Shown here in pieces: positions 29,059 to 38,622 of a stretch of DNA of 64,000 nt. Numbering within the stretch: the stretch's first letter is position 1; each line of letters opens with the position of its first letter. This DNA is from Nostoc sp. (GTDB lineage: Bacteria > Cyanobacteriota > Cyanobacteriia > Cyanobacteriales > Nostocaceae): NCBI RefSeq assembly GCF_036919895.1, contig NZ_JBALBW010000007.1, positions 39,435 to 103,434 on the forward strand, written 5' to 3'. Below the pieces are notes generated by a model, which saw nothing but the letters and a program-made list of their open reading frames with translations, was not told where the DNA came from and did not search any database. The translations under genes and the position numbers were made by a program.

Positions 29059-30566
29059 GCTATCTGCTGTATATCTAAATTGTCGAAAGATTCTAAGTTA
29101 AAGAGGGAACCGATAAGGTTATCAGAATTTGTCTCAGGAAACAAGTAATATCATTAATATTAAAAACTGTAGTTTTGTCAAAGGATTCATCATTTTCTAA
29201 AGAAATCAGAAACTTAGACTTTATTTGTTACTATTTTGACAGCAAAAATAGTACATAGTTCCTTCTGAGGAGAATAGCCCTATTAGCAGTATCAGGAAAG
29301 CCTGACAAAGAGCTTTTATAAATGAATTTGAGGACACCTAATGTTGACTAAATCAAGGTTTTTCAAATTATTCTCTATTAAAAGGATTTGACATTATCTC
29401 TTAAGTAAGTTCGCCAAACTCACTTAGTGAGAACATCTGTATAACTGATGAAAAATAAAGCTTTAGAATCATGATCGGGCTGAAATAGTGGACTACAGGC
29501 TGGTTATAGTGAGATATACAGACCGCTAACAATCACTTAAAAGTGAAAATATCCGTCTGCACCCATTCCTGTAACCAATAAGCTAATATCTGCTTGAACC
29601 GTTAAGACTTTTGGCTTACCACGATTAAGCTGATTGCCTTTCCGCAGTAATCTTGCAGTCAATAAAAATGGGATATGACTCAGCTTTCTGAGTGTGAATA
29701 ACCATTTTTTTAGCAAAATTTGACAGCATTACCTGTAATTTTACACAGGCGAATTAGCATATAAATCATGTGATGTTACTTGAATGTTGTCGATAATAAT
29801 ATTTTAGTTGCGTTTCATTTTTTTTACACTAAATTACCGTAAAGATACGATGAAAATATAGATGTCTTTCTCCTCGTAATAGCGAAATAATTTGTTTTTA
29901 ACTCAGCACTTTTAGATTATTTGTATTTATCTATCTAGAGATTACACAAATTATTTTTAGTCTGGATGGCGCTAAAAATTCCATTATTACCCGCTTTTTT
30001 CTATTGAAAACTAAGAGAAAAACTACTTCAAAAAAAAAATAACCTACAACCATTATTCATTGGTAAATAAACCTATACAAATGATTGTGTGTTTCAATTC
30101 CTTTTGCGGTGTATTCATTATAGCTATGATTTATACTCTTTCAAGAAACTTTATCTAGAGACGAAACAAGCTCGTTATCAGACTTTATAAAAAAATTACA
30201 AAGCACAAGATACAAGATGAGCTTTTGCTTAATGATATTGATATATAACAAGCTCTTAAGCTCAAAAAATTGTTAAAAGAAAAATTCTGATATTGAAGTG
30301 TGTCGACTAGGTTTGATTAAACCGGACTTTGTAAATAATTCTCTAGTGGTTTGTACTGATTTATACTTGTAAATCTCCAAATAAAATTACTGGAAAACGA
30401 TCAGAATACAGATACTTCATGAAATTTAGGTAAAGTTAGCTGCCATCCGGGGTATGTACTAATACAGATGAAAATCCTTTTGTCAAAGGTAGACAAACTT
30501 CAGCCATGCTGTGCTAGGTGCATCAAGACTAAGTTTTTTAATATTACTTAGCACTCAGTAATGCCA

Positions 30567-31143
30567 CTAGTACAACACGGCGGAAATAAATAGACCATTC
30601 CAAATCAACGAAACGCTTACGCTGCATTAATTTTGAATTTTGTTGGCGCAGCGTAAAGCCTTCTCTTCTCCTATCGGAGACACTTCGTGAACGAGAGGCT
30701 TGTCTGCGACACGGTGCGCGAACGCCAACGGCATGGCAACTCTTAGAGGTTGTTTGAAAAGTCCTCTTCTCGGTAACAAAAGTTCTAGATCCCCCTAAAT
30801 CCCCCTTTTTAAGGGGGACTTTAAGAGGCTTTTGCCTGCTTTTTAAGGGCAGCGCTGTTTCATTCCCTAAAGAGCGCTAAATATCAATGGTTCTAGCGAT
30901 TTTAAATTGATTATTCTGTTACCAGCGTGCCAAGAGAACGAACAATCTTACTGTTGTTCAAGTGCTTAAAAGTTTATCTTCTCGTCACCCTCACTTACAA
31001 TTGTCTCGCTAACCATCTTGACAAATCCTGTTTGAAATGGGATGAATCAGCCCTGCCCGAAAGGGTACGCTTAGAGCGAGTCCAGCGTTCGCTTTTAGCG
31101 TCTCGTAGAGAGCGTCATTTTGAATTTCGCCTTGCGGTACTAG
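30567..31143. mobile_element. Composite MITE-like element with CTAG ends carrying nested small repeats
   Basis: Left ctagtacaacacggcggaa, right ttcgccttgcggtactag (imperfect TIRs); several short GC-rich hairpin repeats inside. Confidence 0.6.
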
Positions 31144-31205
31144 CTCTTCAGCGCTGAGTTTAGTCAATATGCGAATCGAATACTATGTCAACTTAATTTC
31201 TCATA

Positions 31206-31233
31206 GCCGTAATCCTTAATGTCGGATTACGGC
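31206..31233. terminator. Probable intrinsic terminator of the 31245-32888 gene
   Basis: gccgtaatcc-ttaatgtc-ggattacggc. Confidence 0.7.
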
Positions 31234-31244
31234 AATTAGTGCAA

Positions 31245-32888
31245 CTATTCCAATTTAAGTTGGGGCATGAGTTGGAGAGTGCCAATACCTAAATCTTTTG
31301 GTGAAAGCGATCGCGTTTCAAACAAAGCCATCATATCCCGTAACTGAGGATTGCCACGGGAGGCTCCCGTTAGTCCTTTGGCAATGATTAAGCCACAGTA
31401 GCCCTTAGTGTTTTTACAACGTTGATTCCATTTTTTCCGGGCTTCTACATGAATCGGATCTTCATCTAAAAACTCACCAAATAGGAACAATTCGTCATTT
31501 TGAGTTTGCAATAAACCGAGGTCGTAGCGATCGCCATCGAAAGGATCGGCACCTGGATTAAAGCAAATTGCTCTTAGTCCACCTGCTGCTTCAATTCTTT
31601 CAATTACAGTTTTAGCCTTGGGCCGGGAAGTTTGAATTAAAATTACCGGCAAACCGTCACCCACTTGTTTGATTTCACCAGCCTTATGGTAAGTTACTCC
31701 CTTACGGAGGCTATCCAGCATTTCCCAGGACACCACACCTAAGCTGAGGAAGGAGTCTTCCGGTATCAAGTCATCTTGCAATGATTGAAAATTCGCCGAG
31801 TCAAGATTATCACTTTCTTCCTCATCGTCATCAAAGCCTGCCATTTCCTCTAACTCTGCTGCTAACTGCGGCATTGTAGAGACTGTCACAGCCACAGATT
31901 TAGTTGATTCTTCCGACTGCGGTAGAGAAATGCGATAGCGGTGACTAAGGCTAGGGAAGATATCCTCTTGTAAATGGCGACGGCGATCGCGAATAAAGCG
32001 GATCAGACTTTCGATCGCAACGAAGATTACCAGGGCTTCTTCATCATACAAAACAGACCGCAGTCCTTCTAAGGGGTGGATATTACCGAAAGTTGGGTCA
32101 ATTTCTGATAATGGCAGATCCGCCAAATCACTTTCTTCGTCTTCGTCCTCATCTTCGTCTTCTTCACCACTCTCAAAGGTGAGAAACAGGCAATCTTGCT
32201 TGAGAAACGCTTCTTCTAGATGCTCTGTTGATTCTACATCTTGTAAAACTGCGGTACGAAACTGTTTTAAAGACTCCTCTGAGCGATAAAACAAAATTCC
32301 ATACTCCATTCCCAGCATTCCCATGACTGAGGCGTAGAGTGTGCCAACATCCCACTTATTAATTTCGATTGACAAAATTTGCTGTTCTTCCAAAAATTCC
32401 CAAGGTGCTGCTTCCCAAATTGCAAATGCTTTCTCTCGCAAGATTTGGGCATATTGTGGGGGTAAATCGGGGGTTTGACTATCGAGGATGTCAGCGAACC
32501 CGCGAAAGAGTTCGTCAATTAAAGGCAGTTCTGGTGCGTAGTCAATGGAAATATCCAAATCTTGCAGCACTCCGCGCAGGTAAAATTGGATCTCACGGTC
32601 TTTGACTACAATTCTTTGGGGTCTGGCAGGTCTTGCCGGACTGTGAGGATGCTCCATTGCTCGCATTAAGGTACGAACTATTGCTTCTGGGCCAACATCT
32701 GAAGCTACCACGTCCATTCCTCGAACCACACCTTGGGAGTAATCTACCCAAAGAATGCACTCCCCCTTTTCCTCGGAGTCTGAATGCTGGTTTGGTGATG
32801 ACAACGGACGGCGATCGCCCTCCCATACAGAAGGAATTTGAGTTAATTTCTTCAAGCGACGACTGGTAGAGCGATTAAAACTTGTCAT
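31245..32888 (-). CDS. Conserved cyanobacterial hypothetical protein (DUF6930-like), acidic
   Basis: 547-aa ORF, WEGDRR and IWEAAPW motifs recalled from a cyanobacterial family; poly-E/D stretches. Confidence 0.75.
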   Translation of the reverse strand: MTSFNRSTSRRLKKLTQIPSVWEGDRRPLSSPNQHSDSEEKGECILWVDYSQGVVRGMDVVASDVGPEAIVRTLMRAMEHPHSPARPARPQRIVVKDREIQFYLRGVLQDLDISIDYAPELPLIDELFRGFADILDSQTPDLPPQYAQILREKAFAIWEAAPWEFLEEQQILSIEINKWDVGTLYASVMGMLGMEYGILFYRSEESLKQFRTAVLQDVESTEHLEEAFLKQDCLFLTFESGEEDEDEDEDEESDLADLPLSEIDPTFGNIHPLEGLRSVLYDEEALVIFVAIESLIRFIRDRRRHLQEDIFPSLSHRYRISLPQSEESTKSVAVTVSTMPQLAAELEEMAGFDDDEEESDNLDSANFQSLQDDLIPEDSFLSLGVVSWEMLDSLRKGVTYHKAGEIKQVGDGLPVILIQTSRPKAKTVIERIEAAGGLRAICFNPGADPFDGDRYDLGLLQTQNDELFLFGEFLDEDPIHVEARKKWNQRCKNTKGYCGLIIAKGLTGASRGNPQLRDMMALFETRSLSPKDLGIGTLQLMPQLKLE

Positions 32889-33209
32889 AGAGTAAGTTAA
32901 AGAAGCAATTTGGAAGTAAACTTTGGGGAATAGCTAGCCTCGGATTAGGTTTTTATGGCTGCACCTGAAAGATGGTTGCTTCTCAGACTGCCGCCACACT
33001 TGAACTCCAAAAATACCGAATCTCTAAACACACTGAGTCTATCAATTCTAGAATAAAAATCTTTGGCTGCTTTTTACGGAGTGTTTACAATTTGGCATCT
33101 AACGACTTCTAAGCCGCTAGAATGAATACAAAAACACCAAGAGAAACTCAGAGGCATTAACAAGCCGATATTGAGTAAAGCTTAGACTAATTAAGGAGTT
33201 AAAAAGCAG

Positions 33210-33566
33210 ATGACACAAGCAATTCAGTCTCAACAACGCGGAATTCTGTTGAGCGAAGCCGCATTGCACCAAGTAAAATCCCTCCGGGACAAGCAAGGCA
33301 CAGATTTCTGCTTACGGGTAGGAGTCCGTCAGGGCGGCTGTTCTGGAATGTCTTACATGATGGACTTTGAAGACACTAGCAAGATCACCCCACAGGATGA
33401 AGTTTTTGACTATGATGGCTTCAAAATTGTGAGCGATCCCAAGAGTCTGTTATATCTCTACGGTTTAATGCTCGATTATAACGATGCCATGATTGGCGGT
33501 GGTTTTCAATTCACCAACCCCAATGCCAACCAAACTTGCGGTTGCGGCAAGTCATTTGGGGTGTAA
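33210..33566 (+). CDS. iscA: A-type Fe-S carrier protein (HesB/IscA)
   Basis: [32 protein letters not shown]. Confidence 0.93.
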   Translation: MTQAIQSQQRGILLSEAALHQVKSLRDKQGTDFCLRVGVRQGGCSGMSYMMDFEDTSKITPQDEVFDYDGFKIVSDPKSLLYLYGLMLDYNDAMIGGGFQFTNPNANQTCGCGKSFGV

Positions 33567-33621
33567 TATTGTCATTTGTCATTTGTCCCTTGTTATTTCT
33601 CGTTTCTCATTTGCAATTGCC

Positions 33622-33693
33622 TAATGACTAATGACCAATAACTAATGACCAATGACTAATGACCAATGACCAATGACTAATGACAATGACTAA
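33622..33693. repeat. Heptamer array (TGAC(C/T)AA) running into the next start codon
   Basis: taatgactaatgaccaataactaatgaccaatgactaatgaccaatgacc... Confidence 0.85.
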
Positions 33694-34108
33694 TACAGTA
33701 GAATCCCTGTTTGATACGGGTTTGGAACGCTATAAAGCTGGAGAAGCGGTAGATTCTTTAATCCCTGTGTTTAAAGAAGTGTGCGATCGCGCTCCGAAAA
33801 CTAGTGCTGCTTGGATTTGTTTGGCGTGGTTGTATCTACTCGATAACAAACCCAACTTGGCTTACAAAGCTGCACAGAAAGCAGTCAAGTTAAACCCACA
33901 AGATCCACAGGCTAGAGTCAATATCGCCTTAGCAATGCTGGAAACCGGTCAAAAAGGTTTACGAGAACATATTGACGTAGCACAACAGTTGATTTTTGTC
34001 AATGAAGAGTGGCAGGATGAAATAAAAAATAGTATTGAAGACGGTTTAAGTAGAAAACCAGATTGGCAGAGTTTGAAAAAAGTCAAAAATTGGCTGTTTG
34101 AAGAGTGA
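33680..34108 (+). CDS. Small TPR protein
   Basis: AWICLAWLYLL..AYKAAQKAVKLNPQDPQARVNIALAM. Confidence 0.85.
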   Translation: MTMTNTVESLFDTGLERYKAGEAVDSLIPVFKEVCDRAPKTSAAWICLAWLYLLDNKPNLAYKAAQKAVKLNPQDPQARVNIALAMLETGQKGLREHIDVAQQLIFVNEEWQDEIKNSIEDGLSRKPDWQSLKKVKNWLFEE

Positions 34109-34125
34109 GAAGTTAAGAGTTAGGA

Positions 34126-34153
34126 GTAGAGACGCGATTAATCGCGTCTCTAC
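34126..34153. repeat. Perfect 28-bp REP-like palindrome
   Basis: gtagagacgcgattaatcgcgtctctac, flanked by taggagt-type heptamers. Confidence 0.85.
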
Positions 34154-34253
34154 AGGAGTTAGGAGTTAAATTCAAGTCGAGAATTCTCACTTCTAACTTA
34201 CCCGTAACTTAGTTAGCAGTCGTAAGATTTTGGGTAATTAGACAAAAGGGTAG

Positions 34254-34499
34254 ATGAAAGATAAATTGTTAAATTGGCTAAACACGATTTTAGTCGCAGA
34301 TGTTTTTTTAGTTTTGTTTGGTTTTGTCTGGTTAGCGATCGCTGCGATCGGTGATTCTGTAGGAGTAAACCTGGGCTTAGATTTGTGGCATCAACTCTGG
34401 CAACCCGTATTTAACCCCGCGATCGGTATCCTCATGGGCGGTGCAATTCTCAGTGGTATTATCAGTTGGGTTTCCAAAAAATTTCTCTCTAGTCAATAG
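34254..34499 (+). CDS. Small two-TM hypothetical membrane protein
   Basis: 81 aa, two hydrophobic helices. Confidence 0.75.
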   Translation: MKDKLLNWLNTILVADVFLVLFGFVWLAIAAIGDSVGVNLGLDLWHQLWQPVFNPAIGILMGGAILSGIISWVSKKFLSSQ

Positions 34500-34633
34500 C
34501 GCAGCACAAGAGACACTTACCCCAGAAAATCTGCCCCTTTCCTGCTTATTCATAGAAGCATTGCCAAAAATCCAGTCATGCAAATGGCGAGTATCCGTAA
34601 TTTGACAACAGTCGTCAACCCCCAAATTTTGTG

Positions 34634-34707
34634 TTGACGTTGTATACACAATGTTCTATATTAGATATTAAGCATTGCTGAATTAAGCTTGAAACTTAAT
34701 TCAGCAA
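34634..34707 (+). promoter_or_regulatory. Sigma70-type promoter and downstream hairpin of the DUF1778-GNAT operon
   Basis: TTGACG (34634)-17 nt-TATATT (34657); TGTATACA palindrome in the spacer; 13-bp-arm inverted repeat ttgctgaattaag/cttaattcagcaa at 34675-34707. Confidence 0.65.
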
Positions 34708-34740
34708 CGCTAAATGAGATACACAAATGGAAGATACCCA

Positions 34741-35031
34741 ATGCTTGCCCGTTCTAAAATGGATAACCTTGGCCGTAACCAAGTAATTAATATTAGAGTT
34801 CAAGAACAACAACGGGATTTAATTGATAATGCCGCTTCGATTCTTGGTAAGAGCCGTTCTGACTTTATGTTAGAGGTAGCCTGCCGAGAAGCTGAAAAAG
34901 TCATCTGTGACAAAACTTTCTTCGCGTTAAACGAGGAAAAATATCAAAATTTCCTTGCTATGTTGGACTCACCACCTAAAGCGAATGAAGAAATTCGTAA
35001 ATTATTAACGACTAAATCGCCTTGGGATTAA
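34741..35031 (+). CDS. DUF1778 (TacA/AtaR-like) RHH antitoxin
   Basis: INIRVQEQQRDLIDNAASILGKSRSDFMLEVACREAEKVI..F..FLAMLDSPP..LRKLL..KSPW. Confidence 0.9.
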   Translation: MLARSKMDNLGRNQVINIRVQEQQRDLIDNAASILGKSRSDFMLEVACREAEKVICDKTFFALNEEKYQNFLAMLDSPPKANEEIRKLLTTKSPWD

Positions 35032-35540
35032 TGATAGAACAAACAAAAACTATTAATGCTCCTCAGCCACTTACTCATGAGCATGATGTATTAGAGTTTA
35101 AATCTAAATCAGAAGCTTTGAATAACTGGCTGAAGGAGAAAGCTTTGAAAAATGAGGGGGATACGGCTAGAACTTTTGTGGTAACTGTTGAAAATCAAGT
35201 AATAGGCTATTACTGTTTAGCAACCGGATCTGTAACTCATTTAGTAGCTGTTAGCAAAGCTAAACGGAACGCACCAGACCCTATACCATGTATGCTTATT
35301 GGTAGACTAGCAGTGGATACCAAATGGGAAGGACAGGGTATAGGGTCTGGCTTATTAAAAGATGCTATTATTCGGATTTTATCAGTATCCCAAATAGCAG
35401 GTGTTAGATGTATTTTGGTTCACGCTAAAGATGAAGAAGCCAAAAGATTTTATTTAAAACGTGGGTTTCAATCATCACCAATAGAACCATTAACACTGAT
35501 GATGACTTTAAAAGATATTCGAGCAAGCATTATAGATTAA
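35031..35540 (+). CDS. GNAT acetyltransferase toxin (TacT/AtaT-like)
   Basis: IGYYCLATGSV, PDPIPCMLIGRLAVD..WEGQGIGSGLLKDA, LVHAKDEEAKRFY; TAATG overlap with the antitoxin. Confidence 0.9.
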   Translation: MIEQTKTINAPQPLTHEHDVLEFKSKSEALNNWLKEKALKNEGDTARTFVVTVENQVIGYYCLATGSVTHLVAVSKAKRNAPDPIPCMLIGRLAVDTKWEGQGIGSGLLKDAIIRILSVSQIAGVRCILVHAKDEEAKRFYLKRGFQSSPIEPLTLMMTLKDIRASIID

Positions 35541-35796
35541 AATGAAAACCCTTCCCACCCATTCCCCCAACACCCTCAAATTAGACCCCGTAGCACCTCA
35601 CGTAGCACGGGGTTTTGCTTTTGGGGTTGGGTGCGATCGCTGAAGGTGGTTGAGAAAGATGATTTTCTGCTATTTCCCGACATTTCACCTGCAACTGCTA
35701 TAGTCCAAACCAAACCTGCTGCTTAGATTTAATGAGGTTGATTGAAAATTTTGAAGGTAGGACATAAGGAGAATCTGGAATGGTAAATGATGAGCA

Positions 35797-36111
35797 TTAT
35801 ACTCGGCTGAACAAAGGACTGTTGAGTACTAAATCACTTGATTGACCGGAATTAAAATGGTTTCTTGCTTCCTCTAACACACTTGAGTTAAGAGGGTTTG
35901 AGAGAGGTGAAGAAGCATATTTGAGGTAAATAGTTACAGCTACTGATGAACGAGGGTCAACTATGCCTGCTATCAACATTCTGCCAAAATCCTCTTTCCG
36001 AACCCAAATCTGGTAAGGATTGAGAAATATACTTGCTAATTGTTCAAAATAGTGGGTATATAGTCTTTCCTCTGCATCTAGGGTCAAAGGATTATAAAGT
36101 TTATCTTGCAT
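35797..36111 (-). CDS. Hypothetical protein
   Basis: 104-aa ORF from MQDKLY, downstream of the integrase fragment. Confidence 0.5.
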   Translation of the reverse strand: MQDKLYNPLTLDAEERLYTHYFEQLASIFLNPYQIWVRKEDFGRMLIAGIVDPRSSVAVTIYLKYASSPLSNPLNSSVLEEARNHFNSGQSSDLVLNSPLFSRV

Positions 36112-36155
36112 AATCAAGTCTCCAAAGTTGGTTAGTACGCTTGTATTATAATATA

Positions 36156-36458
36156 TCAAAAGTCAGTATGGCAACAAAGCAGAAAATAGGGTAAATTGCC
36201 AGAAATCACTGGTATTGACCAAGTTGCAAGTTTCCCCTTGGTGTTTGATTTTCTGATAATCAGCCGGGGTCTGACGATGCCCTTGGCTGTGTAGATATCT
36301 TGAGTTTGTAGCGTACAGCATTCACGGATTCTACAGGCACTAAATAGGCAGACACCAAACAATGTGCGATCGCGGTCATTTTCTAACCCCTGACTAAAAA
36401 TTAGCTGTATTTCTGACTGCGTTAGAATTTTGGCGCGTCCATGCCGATTTATTTTCAT
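36156..36458 (-). pseudogene. Tyrosine recombinase/integrase, N-terminal half only
   Basis: RAKILTQSEIQ..RDRTLFGVCLFSACRIRE (catalytic R), TKGK (K); ends before HxxR and the catalytic Tyr. Confidence 0.85.
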
Positions 36459-36588
36459 TGCTAGACTGTAGACTCTGTAATCCACAGCCTACAACGATTT
36501 GACACCTGATTAATCGGAATTATTTGACCGAGATTAGCGATCGCTACAGTTAAGCAAGTGACTGATAATAGAATCTTTAATTAATGTT

Positions 36589-36705
36589 ATGTATTCTCAT
36601 AGGGTCTTTTTACGTCAAGGCATTTCTACAGTTAGATTTTCAGCAGAGCAATGTTATGAAAATCCCACAGCAGTTGTTGAAGAATTTTTAGCGTTATTTA
36701 ACTAA
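36589..36705 (+). pseudogene. C-terminal relic of a DUF559/Vsr-like endonuclease domain
   Basis: RVFLRQGISTVRFSAEQCYENPTAVVEEFLALFN* matches the GxxVxRF..xPxxVVxxI/F tail pattern. Confidence 0.5.
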
Positions 36706-36708
36706 TTT

Positions 36709-37410
36709 TTAATCATATTCTTGGATATATTGTTCATAACTTATATGACTATAACCAAAGTCATTGTACTCATCAGATGCTATAAATTCATCTAGATAAG
36801 ACATTCTCGCTTCTTCTTCTTTTGCAGCTTCTTCTGCTTTTATCTCTTTATATGTTAGAAATTCAAAATCTAATTTTTGATTTGTTTTTTCAAGAAATGT
36901 TAAATACCTTTCTTCCCAATATAGTGAAGGATCTATATATCCTTCCATTAAAAAAGGATATATTTCTGGCATAAAAATAGGTTCTAAATCTTCTAATTCA
37001 CTATCTACTATGTCTTCTGTAGATTCTTTTCTTAATTTTATTCCTTCCAGAATACTTTTTATATAAAAATCATGATTTTTATATGCTTGATATTCTTTAA
37101 AAATCTTCCAGCAACAATGAAAACTACTATAAACTTTTACTGTGTAGAAAGTTTTATCCTTAGAAGGTATATAAATAAACTTATGCATTTCTCTTTCCCG
37201 TTTATTAGGTATGCTAATAATATCTTCATCTTCAGCTAGTGGTTCTGAAGTTAATATTTCTCTTATAGCGTTTATCCAAATTTGTAATTCTGAAGTAGGA
37301 ACATCGAATATAGCATTATAGTAAATATGTTTTGGAATTAATTCAAACCTAGAACCATCATGTAATTTTGTATGTGATAGTTCTAATGTGTAATCAATTT
37401 GATCTCCCAT
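36709..37410 (-). CDS. Hypothetical acidic protein, very AT-rich
   Basis: 233-aa ORF with GAGG upstream of the ATG; no recognised motif. Confidence 0.65.
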   Translation of the reverse strand: MGDQIDYTLELSHTKLHDGSRFELIPKHIYYNAIFDVPTSELQIWINAIREILTSEPLAEDEDIISIPNKREREMHKFIYIPSKDKTFYTVKVYSSFHCCWKIFKEYQAYKNHDFYIKSILEGIKLRKESTEDIVDSELEDLEPIFMPEIYPFLMEGYIDPSLYWEERYLTFLEKTNQKLDFEFLTYKEIKAEEAAKEEEARMSYLDEFIASDEYNDFGYSHISYEQYIQEYD

Positions 37411-37676
37411 ATTTACTACCTCAGTTATACATATATTAATGTTGTAGCTTTAACTTTTGAGTATTGTCATAGAATAATTACTGAACTACTCGCGCTAGCA
37501 CCTGGAATGAAAGGCGATATTAATTTAGTAAGGCAAAAAATTGTAACAATGTGCTGTGGAGTTTTTTGATTTGTGGGGAGGCGGTGCGATCGCACTTGCA
37601 GATAAAATTTAAAGAGAGTAACAAACTACTCTTGTTATTTTGTGCTGGAATCATTTCCCCCACTCCCCACTCCCTT

Positions 37677-38597
37677 TTAATTAAGAATTTGCGTTAACGC
37701 CGATTGTAAATTAGAATATTTGTACTCAAAGCCTGCTTCTACAGTGCGCTTGGGAAGGACTTGCTGACCTTCTAAAACTACTATAGCCCCGTCTCCTAAA
37801 AGAGCTTCGATCGCAAAACCCGGAACAGGCAACCAAGATGGGCGATTCATGACTTGTCCCAAAGTTTGACTTAAATCTGCCATTCGCACTGGGTTAGGGG
37901 CAGTGGCATTGTATACGCCTTCTATTTCCGGTTTAGTTAAAGCTTGCATAATCAAGTTAACTACATCGTCTACGTGAATCCATGAGAACCACTGGCGACC
38001 ACTACCAATGGGGCCACCAGCAAAGAGTTTGAAAGGTGGAATCATTTTACCTAAAGCACCACCATTGCCTAGAATAACCCCAAAACGCAGAATGACCAGC
38101 CGTACACCAGCATCTTTTACCTTTCTCGCTTCTGCTTCCCAGGCTTGGCAGACTTGGGCGAGAAAATCGTTACCAGATAGACTTGTTTCATCAAAGGTTG
38201 CAGTTTCACTAGTGCCGTAGTAGCCAATAGCCGAAGCGTTAATTAAAACGGTTGGTTTGGGGTTAGCGTTGGTTATTGCTTCAACTATTCTTTGTGTACC
38301 TAACTTTCGGCTATTGAGGATTTCTTGTTTGCGTTCTGGTGTCCAGCGTCCTTCACCAATGGGTTCTCCTGCTAGATTCACTACACCATCACAACTAGCA
38401 ATGACACTTTGCCAAGAACCAGAGGCGTTTGGTGTGTAGGGAACAATTTCTACATTGGCAAAAGCCTCAGATGGAAAAACCTTTTGAGCAAAAGCGGTGT
38501 TCCGAGTTAATACTACTATTTGATGACCTTTCCCGTGGAGTCGTTGTACCAAAAGACTACCGACAAATCCTGTTGCTCCAGTAATTGCTACTTTCAT
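37677..38597 (-). CDS. thyD: TIGR01777-family NAD-dependent epimerase-like oxidoreductase (ThyD/SulA-like)
   Basis: ITGATGFVG, VVNLAGEPI, ASAIGYYG, FSWIHVDD. Confidence 0.9.
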   Translation of the reverse strand: MKVAITGATGFVGSLLVQRLHGKGHQIVVLTRNTAFAQKVFPSEAFANVEIVPYTPNASGSWQSVIASCDGVVNLAGEPIGEGRWTPERKQEILNSRKLGTQRIVEAITNANPKPTVLINASAIGYYGTSETATFDETSLSGNDFLAQVCQAWEAEARKVKDAGVRLVILRFGVILGNGGALGKMIPPFKLFAGGPIGSGRQWFSWIHVDDVVNLIMQALTKPEIEGVYNATAPNPVRMADLSQTLGQVMNRPSWLPVPGFAIEALLGDGAIVVLEGQQVLPKRTVEAGFEYKYSNLQSALTQILN

Positions 38598-38622
38598 TTT
38601 CTATCTCAGCCAAACCTTTATT

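Noticed and set aside
28868-29101. 77-aa + strand ORF
   Set aside because: Antisense to the CopG/RHH gene on the minus strand, which has a recognisable fold
30927-31157. 76-aa ORF
   Set aside because: Lies inside the nested repeat element and translates small repeats
36156-36458. Heterocyst-type excision element (xisA/xisC-like) interrupting a gene
   Set aside because: The integrase is a half gene, and both flanking genes are intact rather than split
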